Virus record (IMG/VR): IMGVR_UViG_3300049044_000117 | Location: 1-41,780 of that record | Source of the DNA: a virus | Taxonomy: Duplodnaviria; Caudoviricetes | DNA: 41,780 bases | Strand: one strand, 5' to 3' | Shown here: positions 27,774 through 36,356 of the stretch, piece by piece | Numbering within the stretch: position 1 is the first letter of the stretch | Layout: each line of letters opens with the position of its first letter | The notes under the pieces: model-generated | What the model was told of the DNA's origin: nothing | What the model saw: only the letters and a program-made list of their open reading frames with translations | The model's database searches: none | Translations under genes and position numbers: made by a program

Positions 27774-27961
27774 CGTCTTTTTGGTATTGTTAATTCTTCT
27801 TCTTTCTGTTCAATTTTTTCAATCCAGCCTTGGTATTGATCGAGATCCACTAACGGAACTTTTAAATGTTCTTTTGCCTGATCCCTGGTCAGTATTTTTC
27901 CAGCCTTAAACCATCGCTCTCCATTCCAGGTATCTCTCAATAACAGAAACCTCTCCTTCAT
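27770..27961 (-). CDS. Small hypothetical protein
   Basis: 63 aa, with 4-bp overlaps to both the glycosyltransferase and the methyltransferase. Confidence 0.65.
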   Translation of the reverse strand: MKERFLLLRDTWNGERWFKAGKILTRDQAKEHLKVPLVDLDQYQGWIEKIEQKEEELTIPKRR

Positions 27962-30201
27962 ATCACTAACTGTCTTTCTGTTTGTACATCACTTTCCCAT
28001 TCTCCCTCTGGCCTTCTTTGGGCGATCATATTGGTAGGGAAAAGCGCATAATATTTTAATCCGCTGGTAGGAAGTACCAGGCTGGCCAGCTGCTCATCAA
28101 TCTGCATTTCCTGTTTCTGAAGTCGATCATAAATAAACTTGATGGCTTCTTTTGTTCGATACATCATAGCATGAGTACCCCAAACACATTTAGGAATTAC
28201 CCAAAAGTCATTGACCTGCTTCAAATGATCACCAAAGCCGCCATACTCTTGACAGCCCAGGTAGATGAACTGCCAATCCTCAGGGATCTGAGCAATGGCC
28301 TCTTTCATATAATCAGTGAATCCATCGGTGAAAACCACATCGTCTTCAAAGACACAGATACTGTCATAGTCCTTTTCAACTGCCTCCTTCAGGATCTGCA
28401 GATGAGATTGAAAACAACCAATCATTCCTGGTGTGAGCCTTTCTATTTTGCTCTGCAGGTTTAAAGTTTTGCCATCTACAGCAGGATATCTGTCGACGGG
28501 TGAAATGCCAACCGCCTCCAGCTCCTGTGCTGCTGCTTTAAATCTCTCTGGTTTTCTGTCCAGGTTGATGACGTATATTTTATCAAAACCTAAGGAAAGG
28601 AGGGGGCTCAACTCCGTTGAGTTCTCTGTTTGATTGTTGACCGCCCCCTGATCTGTTTCCTTATTTTCAACCCATGGCCAGCTCTTTACATATTGTCTTA
28701 GAGTGGGTGCATCCATAGATTTTATCTTTTCAAATTCTTTTACATTTTTATGGAAATCCGGATGAATGGAACTACTATCCGGCCCGATCCAATGATTCAT
28801 ATGGTATAGAGGTCCGCCGATTCTACCGACCTTAAAACCAAGTTTTGGAAAACGGTGAGCTCTCTCATAGTCCTCAGGTCCGTAGCTGATGAAGTTTTCA
28901 TTTTCCATTCCTCCAGCAATGAAGGATTTTTTATTCCAGAGAATTGCACCTCCAAAACTCTTTTGTTCATGCTGCAGGCGCGGATATCTCAAGTTGACCA
29001 GGTGATCAACTGAAAGTTTGTTCAAGGTCTCCTGATAATGCTTTCTATCTACCCTCAGAAATTTTCCATCGTAAGGATAAACTCCGTCCGCCTTGCCCTT
29101 TCTTAAAGCCTCTACCGCTGCAACTATTTGTTTTGGATCAACTAATATATCAGCATCCCAATTCGCAATAAATGGAGTCTTTGCAAATGTGGCCATTACG
29201 TTCAGGAGACTAGTTCGATGAAATATCTCGGATTTAACGAATACCAATTGATCTATATCTCCAAAGTTGGCGTCGAGTTGACGTTCCTCTCCTGGAAGAA
29301 ATGATTCAAAGACAATAATATTCGTATCGAAATGATGTCTCAAAAAGCTCAATAAAAGGAATAGATTCTCCTTCCTATCCGGATGGTCAATCTTTACAGG
29401 GATTGTAAAGGTCACGTCCCTCAGATCGATCTTCTTCACCTCAAATGAAGGAATTTTAATCCATCTCTCCGGTACCACATCTTTTTCACTATGTGTTTTG
29501 GCCAGGTTGCCTGCATACCATTTATCTGGAGCAATAACCTTTTTACTATTCGCTAAGTATGCACCCCACCAGCTAAATGTTGAGTTTGAAATGATATGAT
29601 AAGTACATTGACTCATCAATGCCAGGTCTTCGACATCTGATCCTTCCTGTACATAAAAGAACATCGGTCTTGCCGGAATAAAATTCTTCTTGCACCATTC
29701 GATGTCATCACTAAAAATGAGAACAAAGGCATCTTTAGGAATCAGCTCCAGGGCACGGTGATAGTAATCGATAGGAAGCTGAACATAGTCTGGATGGTTG
29801 ACATAGTCTCCTCTACGGATGTGAACAGCGACAGTGTCGAAGCAAATAATCTTTTCAAAATGCTTTCTAACTGCTGAGAGGAACTCCTCTTCAAAACTGA
29901 AATCGATTGACTTATCGATATACTTTTCGCTTTGAAAATATCCATGGATATCAACCAATCCAAAAACATCGAGAGTGATGTCAGCAAAATGATGATGAGG
30001 TTCGTAAAAATCCGAAGCTGTGGGGCTTACAACAACGTCTCCTGCCAGACAATTGAAGTCACTTTTGAAATATTTTTGATATGGCCATGGAGGGAGGAAA
30101 TATCCTACACCATGCTTTTTTGCCAGGCTAGCGATAGCAGCTATTTGAAAAAGTTGATTGCCTAAGCGGCCGTATTTACCGAGGTTAGAAAAAGTGAACA
30201 T
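27958..30201 (-). CDS. Three-domain glycosyltransferase (GT11 alpha-1,2-fucosyltransferase-like + GT7/GT2-like + GT25)
   Basis: GT11: GRLGNQLFQ, HIRRGDY, NSTFSWWGAYL. GT7/GT2-like: NWDAD, GGMENENFISYGPEDYE. GT25: YVINLDRKPER, GCFQSH, VFEDDV. Confidence 0.9.
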   Translation of the reverse strand: MFTFSNLGKYGRLGNQLFQIAAIASLAKKHGVGYFLPPWPYQKYFKSDFNCLAGDVVVSPTASDFYEPHHHFADITLDVFGLVDIHGYFQSEKYIDKSIDFSFEEEFLSAVRKHFEKIICFDTVAVHIRRGDYVNHPDYVQLPIDYYHRALELIPKDAFVLIFSDDIEWCKKNFIPARPMFFYVQEGSDVEDLALMSQCTYHIISNSTFSWWGAYLANSKKVIAPDKWYAGNLAKTHSEKDVVPERWIKIPSFEVKKIDLRDVTFTIPVKIDHPDRKENLFLLLSFLRHHFDTNIIVFESFLPGEERQLDANFGDIDQLVFVKSEIFHRTSLLNVMATFAKTPFIANWDADILVDPKQIVAAVEALRKGKADGVYPYDGKFLRVDRKHYQETLNKLSVDHLVNLRYPRLQHEQKSFGGAILWNKKSFIAGGMENENFISYGPEDYERAHRFPKLGFKVGRIGGPLYHMNHWIGPDSSSIHPDFHKNVKEFEKIKSMDAPTLRQYVKSWPWVENKETDQGAVNNQTENSTELSPLLSLGFDKIYVINLDRKPERFKAAAQELEAVGISPVDRYPAVDGKTLNLQSKIERLTPGMIGCFQSHLQILKEAVEKDYDSICVFEDDVVFTDGFTDYMKEAIAQIPEDWQFIYLGCQEYGGFGDHLKQVNDFWVIPKCVWGTHAMMYRTKEAIKFIYDRLQKQEMQIDEQLASLVLPTSGLKYYALFPTNMIAQRRPEGEWESDVQTERQLVI

Positions 30202-30554
30202 CAGGCCAACAGGGGTTTACATTTCTCTAAAATCGGTCTGAACTTCACCCAGTCTCCTGGCTCAAATAGCTCCTCAGTGTTCAACTTCTCACAATACTTG
30301 AAGACTCCTGCAGCTCCTTGTTCTTTAAGCGTTTCCTGCAATCTCCGGAAGTGATTCACTTCATAGAATGCAGGTGTCTGAAGCAAATAGTATTTCTCCT
30401 TTTCGATTTCTTGTCCATACCAGTGCTTGTGATTGGCCAGGATCAAATCCTCTCCGGATATTTCTACATGTTCATTAGCAGTATAGAATTTGAGTGGCAA
30501 CGCTTCGGCAATTGCCTTCAGGATCTTCTTTGTATCGGGTTTTACTTTCGCCAT
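30201..30554 (-). CDS. Hypothetical protein, first gene of the glycosyltransferase-terminase operon
   Basis: Start MAKVKP at 30554, just after the promoter motif. Contains VNHFRRL. Confidence 0.65.
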   Translation of the reverse strand: MAKVKPDTKKILKAIAEALPLKFYTANEHVEISGEDLILANHKHWYGQEIEKEKYYLLQTPAFYEVNHFRRLQETLKEQGAAGVFKYCEKLNTEELFEPGDWVKFRPILEKCKPLLA

Positions 30555-30558
30555 GATA

Positions 30559-30600
30559 CAAATGTGCTCCTTGACAATTGCCAAAAAAAGGACACGGATT
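30559..30600 (-). promoter_or_regulatory. Putative late promoter TGTCC-N27-TTTG
   Basis: aatccgtgtcctttttttggcaattgtcaaggagcacatttg, nearly identical to the copy at 19658. Confidence 0.75.
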
Positions 30601-30629
30601 GAGTGGCAATTGTTAGTTATATTCGAGGC

Positions 30630-30992
30630 ATGAACCTAACATCTCCTTTTTCAGATCCAAGCAAATTTTCCTCAGAAGAAAATTTTATGAACCAAGCCAT
30701 AGACGATATGTCGAATAAAATTAACAATGCTCACTATCTCGCAATTGTAGAGGCACTAAAGGTAAATGGATTCTCATTTGAAACATCTTATGAGTTGCAT
30801 ACCTTCGCGAAAACGAGGTGTACGATAACAGTCAGGGGAGGTAGCAGCGTAAAATCGCTGTGGGTTGATTTCGGTACCGAGAAGGCAATGATGATTTGTT
30901 CCTGGGATGAGATCAAGTCAAAAATGAAGGATGGTAAAATGGAGGTTTATATGCCTTTTGAATTGAAGAGAAACATCACTCTTCAAGAATGA
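30630..30992 (+). CDS. Moron-like hypothetical protein
   Basis: Opposite-strand ORF with TATATTCG (-7-like) just before the ATG at 30630. Confidence 0.7.
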   Translation: MNLTSPFSDPSKFSSEENFMNQAIDDMSNKINNAHYLAIVEALKVNGFSFETSYELHTFAKTRCTITVRGGSSVKSLWVDFGTEKAMMICSWDEIKSKMKDGKMEVYMPFELKRNITLQE

Positions 30993-31029
30993 TTAGTTGG
31001 AGCCAATTAAATAGAACATACCAGATAAC

Positions 31030-31063
31030 AAAAAAAAGTCCAAGCTTCTAGCCTGGACTTTTT
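31030..31063. terminator. Bidirectional intrinsic terminator
   Basis: aaaaagtcca...tggacttttt stem between convergent genes. Confidence 0.75.
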
Positions 31064-31094
31064 ACTAATTCTAACCCCTTATATTTATTAATTG

Positions 31095-31697
31095 CTAATC
31101 GCTGAATATTGTCTGGAAGTCATCAGTATCTCCTTCAGAGAACCCTGATCCTGTCAGATCGATCTTACCCTCAAAAACCGGAGCAGGTCCTTTTCTAGAA
31201 GATTTGAACGTGAAAGTTGAAGACTTTCTATCTGCAGGCGCTTTTCCAGTTGTGCCTGGTGCAGAAACCATTTTTGCAGGATATCCCGGATGTCCAAGAA
31301 CTCTTTGCTGACCGTCTGCTTCAGTTACAATAAAACAAAGGCTTGAGTTCTTTGCCCATTGAGTAAATCCAAGCACTTGCTTTTTACTTCCAGGGATAAG
31401 GAACTCCAGTTGGTTTAGGAAGCTAATTCCGTCCAACTCTCCCTGAGACTCGTGTTTCAACTCACCTGTCTCAAGCGTTACGTAAAGCTCAATGAACTTT
31501 TTGTAAGGCTTCATCACGAAATTTCCTGTGATGGTTACCAGATTTTCAAACTCTCCATCTCCTGTGCTGTCGTCCAATACAGGTTTAGGGAAAGTAAGAA
31601 TATCCGACATCTTCGCTACGAGAAGTTTGGTCTGGATACCTGAGGTATTGTCAGATCCATCTTCCCACTCGATATTTTTATTTAATTGAATACCCAT
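31095..31697 (-). CDS. Major tail tube protein (putative)
   Basis: DNTSGI, ESQGELDGISF and RVLGHPGYPA. Beta-rich 200 aa protein after the capsid gene. Confidence 0.65.
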   Translation of the reverse strand: MGIQLNKNIEWEDGSDNTSGIQTKLLVAKMSDILTFPKPVLDDSTGDGEFENLVTITGNFVMKPYKKFIELYVTLETGELKHESQGELDGISFLNQLEFLIPGSKKQVLGFTQWAKNSSLCFIVTEADGQQRVLGHPGYPAKMVSAPGTTGKAPADRKSSTFTFKSSRKGPAPVFEGKIDLTGSGFSEGDTDDFQTIFSD

Positions 31698-31699
31698 TT

Positions 31700-31981
31700 C
31701 TATTTTGAATTTTTGAGTGATACATGAAATCCGGAAAAGCTTATTTCAGCTCCCTTTTTAGCTTTCTCGATCGCAACCGGCTTTGCGTTGATCCAGGCTA
31801 AAACTTCCCGTCCATCGATCTTTGAAATTTTCAAAGAAGAGTCGAGATGTAGCCTGGCTCCTTCCGGAGTTTCTTTGATCAATACATCTGCAGGTGCAGA
31901 AAACTTCGAAGAGGAGAAAGTACCCTCAGCACTCCAGGTGCCTTCAGATACTTTTGAAATAAGCTTTACTGTAAGTCCCAT
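31700..31981 (-). CDS. Small structural/hypothetical protein
   Basis: 93 aa between the capsid and tail tube genes. Confidence 0.6.
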   Translation of the reverse strand: MGLTVKLISKVSEGTWSAEGTFSSSKFSAPADVLIKETPEGARLHLDSSLKISKIDGREVLAWINAKPVAIEKAKKGAEISFSGFHVSLKNSK

Positions 31982-31984
31982 AGA

Positions 31985-33112
31985 TTAACCCCCGTAGTAC
32001 AATTCGTTGTCAGTTGTCAATCCCGATCCAGAACCAGTAGTTACTGAAACCAATACCATTTGATTGATCCAGAAAGCAACGCCCATCCACCATTCCATGA
32101 ATACCTTCACTTCATAGTCTTGTACCTGTACATCAGTGATGATAGGAGTAGTGATGTCATTGTTCAACTGTAGGAAGTTTTCATCTGGAGTAGCGAAGAT
32201 TACATCAGATCCATTCAAGCATCTCAGACCAACGATTTCTCTTTCTCCTGTATAGGTTACAAGAGTTGCACCTTTTGTATAGTCAGTTGTACTTCCATAA
32301 AGGTTTCTGTAGTCCTGGATGTATCTCTTCTTGTTTTTTGAAGACATGTAGATCTTAGTGATAGATCCTTCTACTTTATCAGGAATTTCTCTTTCAAATT
32401 TCTCTACCTGGTCAACAATGTTATTGTCATGAAGTGCATCCAAAGGAATTTTAAACATTGGCTTAGTAGAAGAAGCAACACCGTCAGCAAGAATCTTCTT
32501 AAGTCCATTCATTGACTTTCCAAAAGTCTCAAGATCATCGGCATCGTAAACACCATTACCGATTAGGTAATCGACGTTTGATATCACTTTTGGCTTAAGC
32601 TCTTTTTCAATGATGTACTGGCTGATTGGTTTCTCTGCAGGAGTTTTCTTTTCCTCATACATTTCTGCATACCATGAACCTAATATGTTTGCAGGAACGA
32701 TTGGATAATTTACTTTTTGATGGTAGTCAATCAGATCGTTTGCTACAAACTTTGTTTCTCCAATTGGACTCCAAACTGATTTAAATCCCTGAACAACATT
32801 GCTTGTTACAGTGTGACCAGCTGGATATCGTCCCTGAACTTTAACCACTTTTTTCATATACCTTGAAGCCTGAGCTTCATTGTAGATCATTGGTCTAAGC
32901 TCTTTGTTATTTGTCCTTAAGTAAGCTCCAAGCTCCTCTTTTACCTGAGTTGCATTGATACCGACAGCCAAAGAACCTTTTGGAGCAGCGAACCATAAGG
33001 ACGCCACACCTACAACTACTGCTAAAGCAGCGTTAAATCCTGCATTTACCAGCACTGTTCCAAAGAACATGGCAAGGGTAATCGCAAGAAGTAGATTTAA
33101 TACACGTTTCAT
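31985..33112 (-). CDS. Major capsid protein with a hydrophobic N-terminal leader
   Basis: Directly after the S49 protease/scaffold, 375 aa, with MNGLKK and VIFATPDENF motifs. The first ~50 aa are membrane-like. Confidence 0.75.
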   Translation of the reverse strand: MKRVLNLLLAITLAMFFGTVLVNAGFNAALAVVVGVASLWFAAPKGSLAVGINATQVKEELGAYLRTNNKELRPMIYNEAQASRYMKKVVKVQGRYPAGHTVTSNVVQGFKSVWSPIGETKFVANDLIDYHQKVNYPIVPANILGSWYAEMYEEKKTPAEKPISQYIIEKELKPKVISNVDYLIGNGVYDADDLETFGKSMNGLKKILADGVASSTKPMFKIPLDALHDNNIVDQVEKFEREIPDKVEGSITKIYMSSKNKKRYIQDYRNLYGSTTDYTKGATLVTYTGEREIVGLRCLNGSDVIFATPDENFLQLNNDITTPIITDVQVQDYEVKVFMEWWMGVAFWINQMVLVSVTTGSGSGLTTDNELYYGG

Positions 33113-33176
33113 TTTTCCTATTTTTTGAGTTTTTGTTTGCTATTTGAATTTTTCCCTTTTGGTTTTAAAAAAGAGA

Positions 33177-34487
33177 TTAATTGAATTCGACTTGATTGTG
33201 CTCTGCCGTAGGATCAAAGAATCCAGTGACTTTTGTTTCCGTGATTTCAGTACCAGTCTTCACAGAGCTTGTTCGCATTGCACCTGGTTGAGCACCGTAC
33301 TTTTCTACTTTTTCCGTCAATTCTGTGACTGATGTGTTGGCAGTAGCCAGATCTGCTGTAAGCTGATTTGCATTTGCAACAGCAGCATCTCTCTCTGCAG
33401 TAAGTGCAGTTATGGTGCTATTTGCATCAGTTAACTTTTGAGTTAATTCAGATACCTGAACTGTTGCAGCATCTAAGTCTGCAATTGTTTTTTGTGCATC
33501 GGCTCTTAGCTCATCCAGCTCGGCCGTTTTTACTACTATTGTTGCGGCATCGGTCTTGGCCGAACCGGAAAACCAGTTTTTAAGCATTTGATTATTGTTT
33601 GAGTTTGATTTTGCTAATTCGAAGGCCCTTTGAACTGCGTATTCATATGATCCGATCGAATCGATCAAGCCATATTCCAGGGCATCTTTTGCCAGGTACA
33701 TTTTCCCGGTCAAAACATTTTCTTTTTTGAGATTAAGCTTTCCTGCGCGGTTAGCTTTTACATGAGAAAGGAATACATCATTAAGCGGATCCAGCATTTC
33801 GCTACGAATAGGTCCGTAGTTGCCTTGAAGGATTTGATAATAAGCTTCGTTTTTATCCTTAGATTCAGTCGCTCTTACATCATGGAATTTTGCTCCTGCT
33901 TTTTCAGCAGCTGCTCTCCAATCGGATATGCTTAACATTGTGCCTATTGATCCGATCATTGCAGTTTCTCCGGAAGCAATATTTTCGGTCATTCCTGATC
34001 CTACCCAGACTGCAGCTGAAGCCATCAGCTCAATAAAATTCACTTTCGGCTTTTTGAGATCCCGTACGCCGATCGAAAAGTCTTCAGTCCCGGCTACTGT
34101 TCCCCCTGGCGATTCAGTATGAAACAAATGGGCTACAATGTGAGAATGACTGTCGGCTTCCTTTGCCAGTTTATTCAAGGTCGATGTTCCAGGAGCGCCA
34201 CAATAGTCATCTTTCATCATTGCACCTTTGATCTTGATCACCGAAATAGATCCTTCAGGAGCTTCATCAAAAGAACTATGCTGAACGAATTGTCCGTCAG
34301 CACTCATTGAAAGGGCGACTATTGGCTTTGGCTTTTCCTCATCATCGTCATCATCGTCGAACCATGCTTTGACGTCTTTGCCTTCAAGCAGATTCGCAAC
34401 AAGAGGCATCTGACTCATTGCATAGTCTGGAGCAATGAGCCAAGGGCCTCTGAGAATTTGACTAACTAGTGAAAATTTTTTATTCAT
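33177..34487 (-). CDS. S49 (SppA/ClpP-fold) prohead protease fused to a coiled-coil scaffold
   Basis: ESPGGTVAG, MASAAVW, IGSIG and GLIDSIG motifs, with an Ala/Thr-rich coiled-coil C-terminus. Confidence 0.88.
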   Translation of the reverse strand: MNKKFSLVSQILRGPWLIAPDYAMSQMPLVANLLEGKDVKAWFDDDDDDEEKPKPIVALSMSADGQFVQHSSFDEAPEGSISVIKIKGAMMKDDYCGAPGTSTLNKLAKEADSHSHIVAHLFHTESPGGTVAGTEDFSIGVRDLKKPKVNFIELMASAAVWVGSGMTENIASGETAMIGSIGTMLSISDWRAAAEKAGAKFHDVRATESKDKNEAYYQILQGNYGPIRSEMLDPLNDVFLSHVKANRAGKLNLKKENVLTGKMYLAKDALEYGLIDSIGSYEYAVQRAFELAKSNSNNNQMLKNWFSGSAKTDAATIVVKTAELDELRADAQKTIADLDAATVQVSELTQKLTDANSTITALTAERDAAVANANQLTADLATANTSVTELTEKVEKYGAQPGAMRTSSVKTGTEITETKVTGFFDPTAEHNQVEFN

Positions 34488-34522
34488 CTTGCCTTACTTG
34501 CCATTTCTGGTACTTGGAAGTG

Positions 34523-34565
34523 TAAAGCAAATGCAAGGGGAAAGGGAAAAAAAGGACAGGGGATT
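34523..34565 (-). promoter_or_regulatory. Putative late promoter TGTCC-N27-TTTA
   Basis: Same motif upstream of the protease-capsid operon. Confidence 0.7.
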
Positions 34566-34578
34566 TTGAGATGGTACC

Positions 34579-34611
34579 AAATAAAAATCCCTCCAATCTG
34601 GAAGGACTTTT
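34579..34611 (-). terminator. Intrinsic terminator after the fibre operon
   Basis: Minus strand gtccttcca-gat-tggagggat followed by a T-rich tract. Confidence 0.6.
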
Positions 34612-34642
34612 GGCGTCAAACATTACTATTTATGAGAAAATA

Positions 34643-35107
34643 CTATACCGTCAATTTTTCAATGAATTCATTTGGAAGAATACTGTAGGAGTCTTTGTAC
34701 CCGGCCACACCGGCAGCTACTTCGTAGCAGTAGGATGTTTTAGTATTCTTCATCAGTTTTTTCAGTAGTATCAGTGTTGGGATGTAGTACAATAATGAGA
34801 TGATATCGTATCGCTTTCCGACCTGCTTTTTAGCATCTTCTATCATCTGCAGTTGAGATTTATTCGATATGATATCGACCACCTTGAAATCCCTTGGAAG
34901 CAGATTGTACCAGGTATCATAATCTACTTTTCTGACTTTTGGATAAACAGCTCCAATGACATACTTCTCGCCGTTTTCTTCAATCAGAAGTTCACAGTGA
35001 TTGTAATGTGTCTGTCCAAAGATCCGGATCAAGGCACTTAAAATGCTCATCGGATCTTTGAAAGGTGAAAAGTAATTATGGACGAGAATGCAGCGGATTG
35101 AGGCCAT
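34643..35107 (-). CDS. Permuted papain-like (NlpC/P60, YiiX-like) enzyme
   Basis: Early His (YNHCE), VGKRYD, and late Cys (SYCYEVAA). Confidence 0.7.
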   Translation of the reverse strand: MASIRCILVHNYFSPFKDPMSILSALIRIFGQTHYNHCELLIEENGEKYVIGAVYPKVRKVDYDTWYNLLPRDFKVVDIISNKSQLQMIEDAKKQVGKRYDIISLLYYIPTLILLKKLMKNTKTSYCYEVAAGVAGYKDSYSILPNEFIEKLTV

Positions 35108-35502
35108 TATACAAAAGGATAAGGTCTTGTTTCTCTTTTAAACCAGTTGTCTTCATCGAAATCGCCCCTCGCGTCTAGCTGATCAATGTAGCTATCAATC
35201 AGCTGAGGCAGGATAATTCCTCCTGATAGTATTGCATTGAAAAAAACTATTTCAGGAATTCCATTAGGATCTAAAGCGCCGGTTTGAGGATTAACAAGTG
35301 TAGTTGCATCTATCTTGAATACGAATGCCATTCTTTTGATCAGATGATCTGATTCAGTGAAGTATTCGACAATAAATTTTACAATGATATTTGGAACGTT
35401 CATAGGTTGGAAAACCGCTGGATAATCTTCCAATCCAGAGTAGTGGACTAATCGCTTAAATCCTGTTATTGGTTCGTTTGATATAGACTTGGATATGTTC
35501 AT
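35107..35502 (-). CDS. Hypothetical protein (possible fibre chaperone)
   Basis: 131 aa, coupled downstream of the fibre genes. Confidence 0.55.
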   Translation of the reverse strand: MNISKSISNEPITGFKRLVHYSGLEDYPAVFQPMNVPNIIVKFIVEYFTESDHLIKRMAFVFKIDATTLVNPQTGALDPNGIPEIVFFNAILSGGIILPQLIDSYIDQLDARGDFDEDNWFKRETRPYPFV

Positions 35503-35513
35503 ATAGAAATATT

Positions 35514-36356
35514 TTAAGTGATTGGTTCTGATCTTTTATTTACATGACAGTTGCTTGCCCCCAATGAAGTCTCTGGAGATGAATAACCGATTAAGGTTCC
35601 ATGTGCAATCCCATTTACATCTCCGGCGGTTATTCCGCTTTTTTCTTCAAATTCCCAGGCATGGACCCGATTATCGATAAACCCATTCATGTTGGTATTG
35701 TCTGAGTTCGCTAATTGGTTTACTTGCGCTTGAGTAAGCTCTATATTGAAAACTTTTAGAGAGAATAAAGTACACCCTACAATTATTTGCGCCGCTGATG
35801 AGGGAGAAGCAAACAGCCTTACGGTCGTTGGTGGTGAATAATCGATAGCAGTGGTGGTGAGGGTTGCTGTGTTTGTAGTGCTTGTGGTAGCTTTAACTTT
35901 ATTGCAATACGCATTTATTGAAGCCGAGGCAACGCTGCCCGCGGTTTTTGTTACAACTAAATGATTTGTTCCGTTGGTTAGGGTTGCAGTAATATTCATT
36001 GACCTACCGCACTCTGTACCATCTGAGCCCCGGATTATAGCACCTCTCAGATAAATGGTGGCTCCTATTATCTGGAACCTCATTTGAATACCACCTGCGC
36101 CGCCTGCAGTGGTGAGAGTGCCGTAAATGTGCGCTCCGTTAAGCAGAGCTGTAACATCTGGAATAAAAATCTGACAACTGATTGACCAAGCGTCTAAAGG
36201 ATCGAATTTTAATTGACTTATTGCAAAACTTGAAGCCGGTATGTCCACGTAATGGGAGCCTAACGGACAACGCAAACCGTTCCCCTGTCGGTTGATTACC
36301 GCTGCCTTGCCTTGGGTTATCGCTATTTTATTGTTATGTTTTAAGAAGGTAGGCAT
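35514..36356 (-). CDS. LamG/concanavalin-like lectin-domain virion protein
   Basis: WSISCQI, NHLVVT, LKVFNIELTQAQV and WEFEEKSG..A.D pattern. Start MPTF overlaps the upstream stop codon. Confidence 0.7.
   Translation of the reverse strand: MPTFLKHNNKIAITQGKAAVINRQGNGLRCPLGSHYVDIPASSFAISQLKFDPLDAWSISCQIFIPDVTALLNGAHIYGTLTTAGGAGGIQMRFQIIGATIYLRGAIIRGSDGTECGRSMNITATLTNGTNHLVVTKTAGSVASASINAYCNKVKATTSTTNTATLTTTAIDYSPPTTVRLFASPSSAAQIIVGCTLFSLKVFNIELTQAQVNQLANSDNTNMNGFIDNRVHAWEFEEKSGITAGDVNGIAHGTLIGYSSPETSLGASNCHVNKRSEPIT

Noticed and set aside
34338-34360. Asp run (DDDDDDDEE) in the S49 protease as a contingency repeat
   Set aside because: It is encoded by mixed GAT/GAC codons and stays in frame, so it is an acidic linker and not a slippage tract.
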